From assembly GCF_963921235.1 (NCBI RefSeq), contig NC_086108.1:80912001-80976000 (forward strand): DNA of 64,000 nt, written 5' to 3'. The stretch's first letter is position 1. Each line of letters starts with the position of its first letter. The DNA is from Mobula hypostoma (lineage: Eukaryota). Both the position numbers and the translations under genes were made by a program. Positions 38,431 through 51,179 of the stretch are shown here, piece after piece. The notes below the pieces were generated by a model. The model saw only the letters and a program-made list of their open reading frames with translations, was not told the origin of the DNA and searched no databases.

Positions 38431-39721
38431 GTTCACTCTCATCCCTTGTTTGCTTTGTGCGTGTGTGTCCTATGCACATGCCTTTTAAAATGCATCAGCC
38501 TCTACATGTCCTCTGGCTGCTTGTTCCAGGTAACAACTCTACAGAAAAAGTACCTTTAAATTTCCCGTTCCTCTAGTTTTATGCTTCATTTTTAGAAATT
38601 TCCAAGCCCCTCTTAAATTCCAGTGAAGATTAACCCAGACCTATTCATAACCTCACCATTATAGCCCACTGTTCCAGGCAAATTCCAGTGTTTTTTCCCC
38701 CCTAAATTCCCTCCATTACTACCACAGATGTGCAATAAAATTACAGTCACTAAACCTAGATAGGTATAATTCTGTTAAGCAAGCCACCCAATGCATTCTC
38801 CAGGAAGGTAGACATTTTTAAAAAATTCAGCTTCCCTCGTCTCTACTTTGAATAAACAGTAAATTGACTAATTCAAGTCCATTTAAAACAAATTTCCTAA
38901 AAATGTTGAATTACAAGCAGCATCCAAGTTTTCTTTTTGTTGTACTTAACTCAGAAGCCAGTAGTTTAGATTTAAAAAGCCAATAAACAAGGAAGCTTAA
39001 ACCAGAGAAAATCCAGAAATCCCAGCCACACACACAAAATGCTGGAGGAACTCAGCAGGCCAAGCAGCATCTAGCAAAAGTGCAGTCAACTTTTCCGGCT
39101 GTCAGCTCTCTTTTCTCCAGTCCTGCCGTAGGGTTTCAGCCTCTAACGTCGACTGTAGTCTTTTCCTGGATGCTGCCTGGCCTGCTGGTCCCTCCAGCAT
39201 TTTGTGAAGGAAGCTTATGCCACTTGGTTTAATGAGCATTTCAAATCTTTGTGTTTGTGAACTTCCCACCTCCAATGTATATTTGCAGACAATGCTGTAA
39301 ACAGTTACTAAATGGGAAAAAATGTTTCCTGCCTTCGAAAAGGTGAAGCTACAAATAAAGCTTTTCTTTCTGCAAACAGGAGTTTGATCTTGCACAAGAA
39401 TGAGTCTTGAAATGCTACAGTAAAAGCACCAAGTCACTAGATTGTGCATGAGCCACTGTTTTAGTAAATTGATATTCCATGAAAACATCCCTGTCCTTCC
39501 ATTGTGCTAGCAGCCTCAGTAACCTGTAATTTTACAGAACCCCAATAAACCGTACAAAATCTGCCATTGGACATTTCCTCAACCAATCATGGCAAGCTTA
39601 AAAAAGCTGTTCAGTTGCAAATAAATCTTGACCTGGGAAACACTCTACTGTGTTATCTTATGCATTCAGTATTAGCTTCTAGTGGGATCAACTGGAAATT
39701 GCAAAATTGGTTGAAAAATGT

Positions 39722-39727
39722 TTTATT
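39722..39727 (-). terminator. RPS8: RPS8 polyadenylation signal
   Basis: AATAAA 25 nt after the stop codon. Confidence 0.85.
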
Positions 39728-39752
39728 AATACATTTTCTACAGGAATAAAGC

Positions 39753-39932
<180 letters not shown>

Positions 39933-40590
39933 TCAGAGTCATTCCCCACCTATGCTGCCTTGCACTCCAAGCAGTATCCCTGCATGCACTACTTTCAAAC
40001 AGATCTCGTCAACTGTTACACCCTGATCATTAGCTGATATAACCATGCAAATGTTTAAATGTCAATTCTCCAAGATAAACATAGACAACAGCCACAGAAA
40101 ATGGAAACCAAAGTTGTTTCCTCCTCATTTTGATCATTAACTAAGGGTTGACCATCAAAAAAAATAGCAAATATTTTCATGCCCTAGAGTAGAAGATGAA
40201 ACACCCATCACAGCATCAACATTGTATGGAATACAGAAAAGTCACCAAGATCAATATTAGGGGGAAAAAAGTTTATTAGCAGCAAAAGCCCCTCTACCTT
40301 CACTGCCAATGCTTTATCCTCAAATTCTCAGGTGTCATTGGCATCAACCTCCAATAAATGATGCATATCATGGACTAAGCACCGACCAAAGTGCACAGTA
40401 GCTAAGCAGAACCCCGGAACCTCCAATCATGCTTTCAAACTGCACCCAATGCTCAAGAATTGAGTAGCAGTACACCAAAGCCTTTATATACACAAAGCCA
40501 TCTATTCAATTTAAAACAGAAGGATATCTAGCATGGATATAGATGTGCAAAACTTGTAATCTTCTTGATGGAAGAATAAAAGTTTCATTA

Positions 40591-40731
<141 letters not shown>

Positions 40732-41619
40732 TCAACAAAACACTCATCTTACAAGGCAATAACAATAGCAGAAAAGGTTACACTGCTTTGCACCAATTTA
40801 CACAGCACTTTAAAAGCTTATGCTGCATTGTTATATTTTCTCTTCCACTATCTTAATGCACTGTTGTAATGAAACGATGTTTCTATGGCCCGCAAACATT
40901 TTTCCACTGTACAGCAACAATATATCAACTTACTAATAAGAAAAATGGTTGTACAGTATTAAATGATTTTTCTTAAACCTATATTCCACCACCCCCAAGA
41001 AAAACACTGGGATTTCCAAAGTATATCAAAGCTGCTTAATGCAATCACTTTTAATCCTGGGAAAACAATTTACGCTGAGGGGAGTTGGGACATTTTATAT
41101 TCTTTGAAGGACACATCCAGTCTATTGAATTATGTCCAACTAAAGTACACTTTGAAAATCATTCCCAAGTAGCTCCTTTCCTCACCAATGGAAACCTGCC
41201 CATTGCCTCTCCAGCCAAACTGGACAATTCTCATGTAACAAACTCACAAGCTGCACTCAGCACTCATATGATCAAAACAGACGATCAAACTACACGTAAA
41301 GCTGCACATTTTCAAATATGTTTAATCCAGGTAAACAGATTTGACATTTGCCTAGATTTCAGCAATCTTTGCAGAAACTGGTCTATTATTTCTCTAGTTT
41401 AACAGCCTTAAATAATTCACGGAATTCAAAACAGGTTGACTATCATCTTCAGCAGTAAACCTACATTCTGCATTTTACGTCAAAAGTTGACAGTTGATTG
41501 CAAATGGAATGTACAATATCCATTAGCCAGGAATAGGACAGTATACAAATAGCATACCGTCACATTTCAGCCACACTGTAGGAGACACATCCATTCTCTA
41601 TGTGCATTGATTTTGCTGT

Positions 41620-42675
41620 TCATTGGCCATAGCTCAGCATTTAACACAACTCTCACAATTGTGATTGAGAAGTTGCAGAACCTGAGCCTATACTTCTTTG
41701 CAATTGGATCCTCAATTTCCTAACCGGAAGACAATACATGCGATTGGTGATATTTCCTCCTCGCTGACGATCAACACGGGTGCATCTCAGGACATGTCCC
41801 TATACCATCTATAAATTTGATGACACCACCAATGTTGGTAGAATTTCAGATGGTGATGAGAGGGCATACAGGAGTGAGATATGCCAACTAGTAGAGTGGC
41901 ATCGCAGCAACAACCTGGCACTCAACAGCAATAAGACGGAAGAGCTGATTGTGGACTTCTGGAAGGGTAAGACGAAGGAACACACATCATCCTCGTAGAG
42001 GGATCAGAAATGTTGAGTGTGCAGTCTCAAGTTCCTCCATGTGAAGATCTGATGACCTAACATGGTCCCAACATATTAATGCAGTTATAAACACAAGACA
42101 GTGACTACAATTCATTAGTTTGAAGAGATTAGGCATGTCAACAAATACTCAAAAACTTCTATAGATGTATCATGGAGAGCATTCCGACAGGCTGCATCAC
42201 CGTCTGGTATGGAGGTGGGGGGGGGGGGGGGGGGACTACTGCACAGGACCGAAAGAAGCTGCAGAGGTTTGTAAATTCAGTTGGCTCCATCTTGGGTACC
42301 AGCCTACAATGTACCCAGGACATCTTCAAGGAGTGGCATCTCAGAAAGGCAGCGTCCATTAAGGACTTCCAGCACCCAGGGCATAACCTTTTCTCACTGT
42401 TATCATCAGGCAGGAGGTACAGAAGCCTGAAGGCATACAGTGATTCAGGAACAGCTTCTTTCCCTCTGCCTAAATAGACGTTGAACCAGTGAACACTACC
42501 TCACTTTTTCAAATGTATTTTTTTTTCTTCATGACTTTTAATCTATTCAATATACATACCATAAATAATTAAATCAATTACAGTATACTTATTTTTCTTC
42601 TATATTATGTATAACAATGAACTGCTGCTAAGTAACAAATTTCACAACATGCCAGTGATAATAAACCTGATTCTG
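41620..42675 (+). mobile_element. Rex1-type LINE in RPS8 intron 4 (antisense to the gene)
   Basis: AYRSEICQLVEW...NLALN...LIVDF, GCITVWYG and HNLFSLLSSGRRYRSLK, with tail GATAATAAACCTGATTCTG. Confidence 0.85.
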
Positions 42676-43317
42676 GTAACTTGTCATGAGTGGGGGCATG
42701 GTAATAGTGAAGGGAATAATTTACATACTCAGGCCTTGCTCATGGCAGTTTGCAGCTGGGGGCTGACTAATGTCCTATGTTTTATTACCTGCTCAATTAT
42801 GCTTACATTTTGTCATTTTAAAATTGTCTATTTGCGAATAAAGGGTTGAATACTTATCTTTGAGTTTTGGAACAATCATTGGAGCTGAGGGCACATCACA
42901 CAAGCATATCAAGGGGGGGGGGGGGCCGCCAGCAAAGGCAATTTGGCTTGGTTCAAATTGGCCACGACACGCATTTAAGACATATTTAATCACACCAAAA
43001 GTAAAGAAATTTAGGATACACCGTGGGACTCAATAGGAAGCTATGCATAAAGAGGTACATAGCAAACATTTAAAAATACACTCAAAGCCAGTCTTGGATT
43101 CAGTAGTTACCAAACCACTACATTAACATGTATATATCACAATTCCCACCCCACCTCAACTGAATTGGCAATACACTGCAGATCTAAAAAAAAAATTGGT
43201 AAACACAGACCAAAGCTTACCTTTTATGTGTTTAAATAGCAAAAGTTAAGAACTTTCAAAATTGCAAAAAAGCAGAAAACATGTACTGGTTATGAATACA
43301 TATCAAATATTTGCTCA

Positions 43318-43518
<201 letters not shown>

Positions 43519-43521
43519 TTA

Positions 43522-43698
<177 letters not shown>

Positions 43699-43877
43699 CT
43701 ACAGGCATGTAAAATATCGTTAAATACATAGCGAAAGACAATGAAATTGCCAAGATAGCACAAACAGCAAGTAGTCCTGACACAATGCTAAATAAACATA
43801 CTATCCAAAACTGCCCACCTGCATAATGCTCTCCAAATACTACATGTTCAAGTTTTAGCAGCTGTAAATTTCAAATA

Positions 43878-44500
43878 ACATTTCAAGAGGAATAGATTAT
43901 ACAAGGAAGGATGCAATGCTAAGGCTTTATAAAGCACCATGAGGCCTCATTTGGAGTACTGAGAGCCATTTTGGGTCCCTTATCTATGAAAGGATGTGCT
44001 GATGTTGGAGAGGGTTCAAGAAAATGATTTTAGGATTAAAAGGCTTATCATGTGAGGAGCATTTGATCACTCTGGGTCCGTATTCACTAGAATCCAGAAG
44101 AATGAAGGGTAACCTCATTGAAACCTATCAAATGGTGAAAGGCCTTGACAGAGTGGATATGAAGAGTATGTGTCCTATGGTGGGAGAGTACAAGACCAGA
44201 GGACAGCCTCAGAATAGAGGGGCATCTTTTTTAGAACAGAGATGAGGGGGAACTTCTTTACCCAGCAAATGGTGAATCTGTGGAATTCATTGTACCTAGG
44301 CAGCTGTGAAGGCCAAGTCCTTCCCGCCCCCCCCACATATATTTAGGGGCAGAGGCCAACAGATTCTCGATTAGTCAAAGCATGTGTGAGGAATAGGCAG
44401 GAGATTGGGGACTGAGAGGGTAAATGGATCAGCCATGATGAAATGACAGAGCAGACTCAATGGGCCAAATGACCTAATTCTGCTCCTATATTTTATGGTC
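43878..44500 (+). mobile_element. CR1 3' fragment in RPS8 intron 2
   Basis: GLKGLSCEEHLITLGPYSLESRRMKGNLIETY plus a CR1 3' UTR. Confidence 0.85.
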
Positions 44501-44611
44501 CAAAATACACCCTGGACAGATTAGGTGCAAATCTGCAATTCTATTTTAGAATACAAAAATATTAAATATAAAAACATTCAGATTCTACACAAAGAGAAAC
44601 AAGTAACCCAG

Positions 44612-44724
44612 GCAGTGTGGTCAGTGTAACTATGACAAAGAAACATAGGTGGATGCAAAAATGACCAGAACGGTCACTAACAACCCACCTATCAAGAAAG
44701 TCATATTGTCATCATTCACACTGC
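44612..44724 (-). ncRNA. SNORD46: C/D box snoRNA U46 (U40) in RPS8 intron 2
   Basis: C box ATGATGA (44709-44715), guide GTCATAGTTAC antisense to 28S GTAACTATGAC, D box CTGA (44621-44624), and an 8-bp stem GCAGTGTG/CACACTGC. Confidence 0.92.
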
Positions 44725-44795
44725 AAGCATCTAGAATTAACCAATTCCCTCTCTGTGAAATGCATCCAAAATTCACTTGGGAGTGCTACGATTTA

Positions 44796-44957
<162 letters not shown>

Positions 44958-44997
44958 CTACCGTCCCATGCAAACATATCAAGTTGACGGTGCACAA

Positions 44998-45077
44998 CAG
45001 CAGGTACTCAGTTCTCCAAGGTGATTCTCTACAGGAAACATTCAGTGCTGTACGAGTTTCATCATTTATACCTGCTG
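44998..45077 (-). ncRNA. SNORD55: C/D box snoRNA U55 (U39) in RPS8 intron 1
   Basis: C box ATGATGA (45059-45065), guide TCACCTTGGAGA, D box CTGA (45008-45011), and a 9-bp stem CAGCAGGTA/TACCTGCTG. About 70 nt upstream of the acceptor. Confidence 0.93.
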
Positions 45078-45449
45078 CATTACAGGTCAACAAAAACCCA
45101 TAAAGTTAGCAGCTAACAAAATTGGTGTACAATAAGTGCATCGCGACACGCTAGTCCCATAAAACCTTTAGTTGCAATACTCCAAGCCACTGTTCTTCAC
45201 CGTTGTACTCTTTATTTGTTCCATAATTATTTGCAATTTAGTAACACCTGGGTTTTGGTGGCTGCTAGTTTGAAGTACCAAATTCAAGAAGAGTCGCTTG
45301 CACGAAGTACGATCCTATACAGCATCTCTAGAGGCGGCGTTTAGCTGTGATCCACGAACTACAGCACTTAAGTGTTGCCTGGCAAAACTCACCTGAGGAA
45401 TTCCCTCCTTCTCTCCACCCAGAGCTGCAATACACGCTGTTCGACTCAC

Positions 45450-46200
45450 TGGGTTACCATTACACGAGTTATTGGGACAGTCGATGATAACCGGCCCTCA
45501 TCTCCGCAACAGTGAGGGGGGACCAAGCCGGACCCCGCAAACCTCACCCCCCCCCCACATACACACACTGATGGGGTCCCGGTTCTGTGCCCCCCACACT
45601 GACGGGGTCCCAGCCGTGCCCTGTCCATCCCAGTGCTCAGGGCGCGGACTAAGCACCGCCATGACGGCCAGCCGGGCCCACCCGACGTCTAACACCAAAG
45701 TATCAGCAGAGCCAGCGCGAGTTGTGCCCCCGGACAAAGCTGACCCTCATCTCCAAGCTTCCTTGGACGCGGCCTGTGGCAGAGCGAAGGTCCCGAACCG
45801 CCACAAGCGGCGGATTGACTCGGATTGCATTGGGACAAACCCCGCAGCTCACGTACCCATTCTCAGGCTTCGGGCGGAAAGAGGAACCGCAACGGCTGCT
45901 GGGTCACAAGTCGCTTCAAAGTCTCGCGTGGATTCGCTGGGCACCGCGTGACGTAGGAGGAAGAGGATTGTGTTTGTGGCGGGACGTTCGGGGATAATCG
46001 CACTGTTCTGGCCGCGGCCGGGGTTAATCGCACCGAGTTGGCTGCGGCCTAGCGGACGGTCGGGGACAATCACACGATGCTGGCCGCGTCTACCTGCACA
46101 TCAGTGCCATACTTTATTCCAGGCCTGGAGCTTCCTTCTTTCCGAGTTATCCCAGTGGGACGGGCAGCCGGGCGATGTTTTTTCCCCCCTCATGTGATCC
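45450..46200 (-). promoter_or_regulatory. RPS8: RPS8 CpG-island promoter with TCT/5'TOP start near 45883
   Basis: High CpG density, TTCCTCTTTCC at 45886-45876, and no canonical TATA box. Confidence 0.85.
45857..45860 (-). CDS. RPS8: RPS8 exon 1 coding part (ATG G)
   Basis: CTCTTTCCGCCCGAAGCCTGAGAATGG|gtacgt. The exon sum 4+107+100+176+130+110 = 627 nt gives 208 aa plus stop. Confidence 0.93.
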
Positions 46201-47749
46201 TTCCAGGTTTGCACAGGCTCGGTGAACATTTGCAAGAATCCCAGTTTAGGAGTGAAGATGTTGCCAGAGTAGTAAACCTGGACTTTAAATTTTCTCTGCC
46301 CCTTCACCATAATTTCTTAAGATTTATCGACATGATTTCAGTTTCCTTTGAGTTTGCGAGACTTTGTGAACTGGAGCAAACGATAGTAGAAGTCTCCAAC
46401 AAAAACATACCTTTCGTTAGACACCACAGAAACAGATCATTCGGCCTTTCGTTTCCATGTCGACCTTTCTGCCCATCTGCACGAATTCTATTTGCCCACG
46501 TTAAAGTCCACATCCTTCTAGGTCTTCCCTATTCGACTGCCTCTCTAATTATCTCTTAAATAACAAGTTCCAGATAGTAACCACCTCATTTTAAAAACAA
46601 GCCTACTTGTACCGCAAATCCTCATTAAAGCCGCTTCCTCTCACCTGAAACCTATGTCGCTTGTTTTTGATTCCCTCATCCAAAATTAATCTGTTAAGAA
46701 CATCCTTCGGTATTTAGAGTTTGGAAGATAAAGTCTGATATCCAAATATTTCCTGTTTTCATTGGCTTTTATTGTATCCTATTCGTTCAAATACAGTTTT
46801 AGAATTAACTGATTAAACCCCTTCATGGCCTTGCTCCTCCATTTAAATCCCAGGTTCATCCCAAATAAAACCTTCCCAGAACTCTTGTGTACAGCCATGA
46901 AGTGACTAGGATTATGTAGTTATTCAGTGGAAGCAAGTTCACATCAAGGAGGAGGTGTGTACATATATACAGTGCATTAAAGTGGCTAAACCCCCGGGGC
47001 TGACTGCGTATTTCTGTAGACTTGGAGGCTAAAGAAATTTCAGAGACATTTACAGAGAAATTTGCTTTATCGTTAGCCGTTGTTTAAGGTAACGAAGACT
47101 GGAAGGTGACCAATGTTATTCAAGACTGTTTTAACGTCATGTCCTGTGCACAAGTGTAAGGAGAACAAAATACATGCAATTGTTACTCCAGATCTGAGGC
47201 AGCACAAAAGCACACAAAAGATTTAAAAAAAATAAACACACACAGTAAATATAAAAACACATGTATACATAGATCGGTTGTAAGTCTATAAAGTGATGCT
47301 GGGGCTGTACATAAGGTGACTGACGGAAAATGATAAAGTAGTGACTGGAGGTGTTGATCAGCCTTACTGTGGGGAAAAAAATAACTTTCTGAGTCTGGTG
47401 GTCTGGCTTGGATGCCACGTAGCCTCCTCCATGCTGGGAGAGGGACAAACAGTGCATGAGCAGGGTGGGTGGGATTCTTCATAATGTTACTGGGCTTTTT
47501 CTGGCATAACAGATCCTGCAGATGTGTTGCAAAAGATTAGCTTTATTTGTCACATGTACAGTGAAAGTTTGGATGCTTGTCACCAGTCATTAAAATAAAC
47601 CAAGTCATGTGTTAATTAGTTTTGAAGACTTTAAAAATCTCTATAATATTACAACATAATGCAGTAAGTACCATTAGCTGGTTTAGAGCAGGGGTTCCCA
47701 ACTTTTTTTATGCCATGGACCCCTCCCATTAACCGAGGGATCCATAGAC

Positions 47750-50643
47750 CAGACATCCCACCCGCAAAAACTCATTTCAGGGAGGTAGCACCATCAATTT
47801 GCGGGAGACTCCCGGAACTTCTGGGAGAGGTGGGATGTCTGCAATAGAGTAGCTCCTTAGCAGCTAGCCAGCTAGTTTAAATAACGTTAGTGATGCTAAT
47901 GAATGAATGACACCTGTTAAACTCACCTCAACATGTCTTTTACAGTCTTTTTTATTTCAAAATATACTTTATTCAAACATATAATTATATACAATACACC
48001 ATTCAATAACTTTCCATCCTTTACATACGTTCCCATTATAGTCAGTACATATCCGTACTTATGGCCACCCACGTGGCACTCCAGTTGTTCACCTTACCAC
48101 ATCATTGTTGAGGGGTATACTCCCCGCCCACCGACCCCTCCCACTCCCACGGGTGGAGAAACCTATACCATGGTCCTTCCCCACCGGGCCCTTGCGGTGG
48201 CTGCACCGAGTTTCAGTGCGTCCCTCAGCACGTACTCCTGCAGCCGAGAATGTGCCAGTCGGCAGCATTCTCCCACGGACATCTCCATGTGCTGGTAGAT
48301 CATCAAGTTTCGGGCCGACCAAAGAGCGTCTTTCACCGAGTTGATGATCTGCCAGCAGCACCGGATGTTGGTCTCCGTGTGCGTCCCCGGGAACAGCCCG
48401 TAGATCAGAGAGTCCTCTGTTACGCAGCTGCTGGGGATAAAACGTGACACTAGCCCGTCCATCCTCCTCCACACCCTCTTTGCGAACTGGCAGTGTACAA
48501 AGAGGTGGGTCACAGACTCCTCCTCACTGCAGTCCTCCCGTGGGCAGTGGGGTGCGGAGACGACGTTCCGGGCATACAGGAAGGCTCTGACTGGGAGGGC
48601 CCCTCTCACCGCCAGCCAGGCGAGGTCTTGGTGCCTGTTGGTGAGATCTGGCGATGAGGCATTTTGCCAGATGAACTGGACGGTCTGCTCAGAGACCCAC
48701 CCCACTGTGTCCATCACATCCTTCTCCTGCAGTGCCTGCAGGATACTACGTGCCGACCACTGCCTGATGACCCTGTGGTCAAAGGCGTTCTCCTGGAAGA
48801 ACTTTGCTACGTAGGACACGTATGGCGGCAACGACCAGCTGACTGGGGCGTTGTGCGGGAGTGGGGCCAGACCCATCCTTCGTAGCCGGGGCGACAGGTA
48901 GAACCTGGGCACATAGTGGTACTTGGTGCCCAAATACCTGGGTTCTACACACAACCTGAAGCAGCCACATACGAAGCTGGCCATCAGGGTGAGGGCGACA
49001 TTGGGGACGTTCTTGCCCCCTTTGTCCAGGGACGTGCATGACGGTCCGTCTCACCCGCTCCACCTTGGATCCCCAGACGAATCTGAAGACAGCCCGGGTG
49101 ATTTCCAAGCTGTAGGAGCGGGTGACGGGCCAGACCTGCACCAAGTACAGCAGCCCTGAGAGCACCTCACACCTGATGACCAGGTTCTTGCCCGTTATCG
49201 ACAGGGAGCGCCCTCCCCACAGTCCCAGTTTCTGTTTCACCTTGGCAGTCCGCTCCTGCCAGTTCTCGTTGCACGCCTCAGCCCCTCCGAACCAGATCCC
49301 CAACACCTTCACGTGGTCAGACCTGATGGTGAAGGGGACGCTGGATCGGTCGGGACAGTTGCCGAAGAGCATGGCTTCGCTCTTCGTGCGGTTGACCCTG
49401 GCCCCCGACGCTAGCTCGAACTGTTCGCAGGTGCCAATCAACCTGCGAACTGACCTCGGATCAGAGCAGAAGAAGGTGACGTCGTCCATGTACAGGGAGG
49501 TTTTCACTTGGGTCCCTCCACTGCCTGGCAGCGTCACCCCTCTTATGCCCTCATCCCTCCTGATGGCTTCCGCAAAGGGTTCTATGCAGCAGACAAACAA
49601 GACAGGGGAGAGGGGACAGCCCTGCCTGACTCCAGACCTGATGGGGAAGCTGTCTGTTTCCCACCCGTTGACCTGGACTGCACTACAGATGTCTGTGTAG
49701 AGCAGTCTAATCCAATTCCGGATTCCCTCCCCAAATCCCATTTTGGAGAGCACGTCCGCCATGTACGTGTGCGATATCCTGTCGAAGGCTCTCTCCTGGT
49801 CCAAGCTGACCAGGCAGGCGTCCACCCCCCTGTCCTGCACGTAGGCGATGGTGTCCCTCAGCAGCGCGAGGCTGTCTGAGATCTTCCTGCCCGGTACAGC
49901 ACAGGTTTGGTCCGGGTGGATCACCTGTCCCAGAGCAGACTTGACCCTGTTGGCGATAGCCTTGGACAGGATCTTGTAATCCACATTCAGGAGAGAGATG
50001 GGTCTCCAATTTCTAATGTCCTCCCTTTCCCCCTTCTGCTTGTAGATGAGGGTGATGATGCCCTTCCTCATGGACTCAGACATACTGCCGGCCAGAAGCA
50101 TAGCGTTGTACACTTCCAGCAGGTCTGGGCCCATCCAGTTCCACAGAGCCGAGTACAACTCAGCCGGTAAGCCGTCGCTTCCGGGAGTCTTACTGGACTC
50201 AAGGGAATGGATGGAGCCTGTCAGTTCGTCCAGGGTCAGTGGCTGATCCAGACTCTCCCGCTTGCCGTCGTCTAAGACCTGCATGATAGACGACAGGAAG
50301 TTGCGGGAGGCTGTGGATTCTGTGGTCTTTTACAGTCTTAACCCGCCATGGGCAATAGAAAAGTCACTGTTGCAAGCAGTGCAGCGAGCAACACTGTCAT
50401 TATTTTTGACCCCTATTCGGCAGGGTTACACTTTGGTGTAGGCTGGGGTGACGTACGTTTAATAATTTCTTTTGTTGGAACACTCTGCTGCCATATATAT
50501 ATATATATTTTTTTATCTCTCTCTCTCTCTCTCTCTCTCAATAAAATCGATTTCCAGGATATTGTATATAATTTGTGGGGATCAGGAAGCAACTATCAAT
50601 ATGCGGGAGACTCCCGGAACTTCCGGGAGAGGTGGGATGTCTG
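47750..50643. mobile_element. MITE with 13-bp TIRs, split by a Tx1 LINE and nested in a short hAT-like MITE starting near 47689
   Basis: CAGACATCCCACC (47750-47762) and GGTGGGATGTCTG (50631-50643), with flanks ATAGAC and ATAGGC. The roughly 42-bp right end is duplicated internally at 47800-47841. Confidence 0.7.
47950..50324 (-). mobile_element. Tx1/L1-clade LINE, 5'-truncated and young
   Basis: KTPGSDGLPAE, NWRPISLLNVDYKIL, LDQERAFD, GVRQGCPLSP, LYMDD and C-terminal CPREDC...ESVTHLFVHC. One frameshift near 49030. 15-bp TSD GTCTTTTACAGTCTT (47935-47949, 50325-50339). Confidence 0.93.
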
Positions 50644-51179
50644 ATAGGCCCCAAATCTGGAATGAGTATTGTGTCCATGAAACCCTGGTGATTATTCATT
50701 GTTGGCAATGGCTATATCTGCCCTGGCTCAATGATTTCCTATGGTTCATGGTCACGTCTGTAGACCACTTAAATATCCAGGTTGAAACTTCTAGAGTAAT
50801 ATTAAAGGTGAGCAGTTTTACATTCCTGGGTGTCAACGTCTTGGACAATCTGTCCCATGTTGATGCAATCTCTTAGAAGGCATGTCAGCAGCTCTTACTT
50901 TGTTAGGAGTTTGAGGAGATATCGTTTGTCACAGCCTGGTTATGGAGTCTCCAATGCACAGGATCACAAGAGTCTGCAGAGGATTGTAGGCTTAACCAGT
51001 TTCAACAACCCTCCCTCCCTCCACAAAGGGTATCTTTAGGACTTGGTGCCTCAAGGAGGCAGCATCCCATTGTTATGGACCCTCACTGTATGGGATATGC
51101 CCTCTTCTTGTTACGACCATCAGGGAAGAGGTATAAGAGCATGGAGACCCACATTCAGTGATTCAGAGACAATCTTTCA

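Noticed and set aside
45472..46559. ORFs of 159 and 160 aa near the RPS8 promoter as a divergent gene
   Set aside because: No recognisable domains or supported exon structure; open frames are expected in a GC-rich island.
49122..50246. Plus-strand ORFs of 66-192 aa
   Set aside because: Antisense shadows of the GC-rich Tx1 ORF2.
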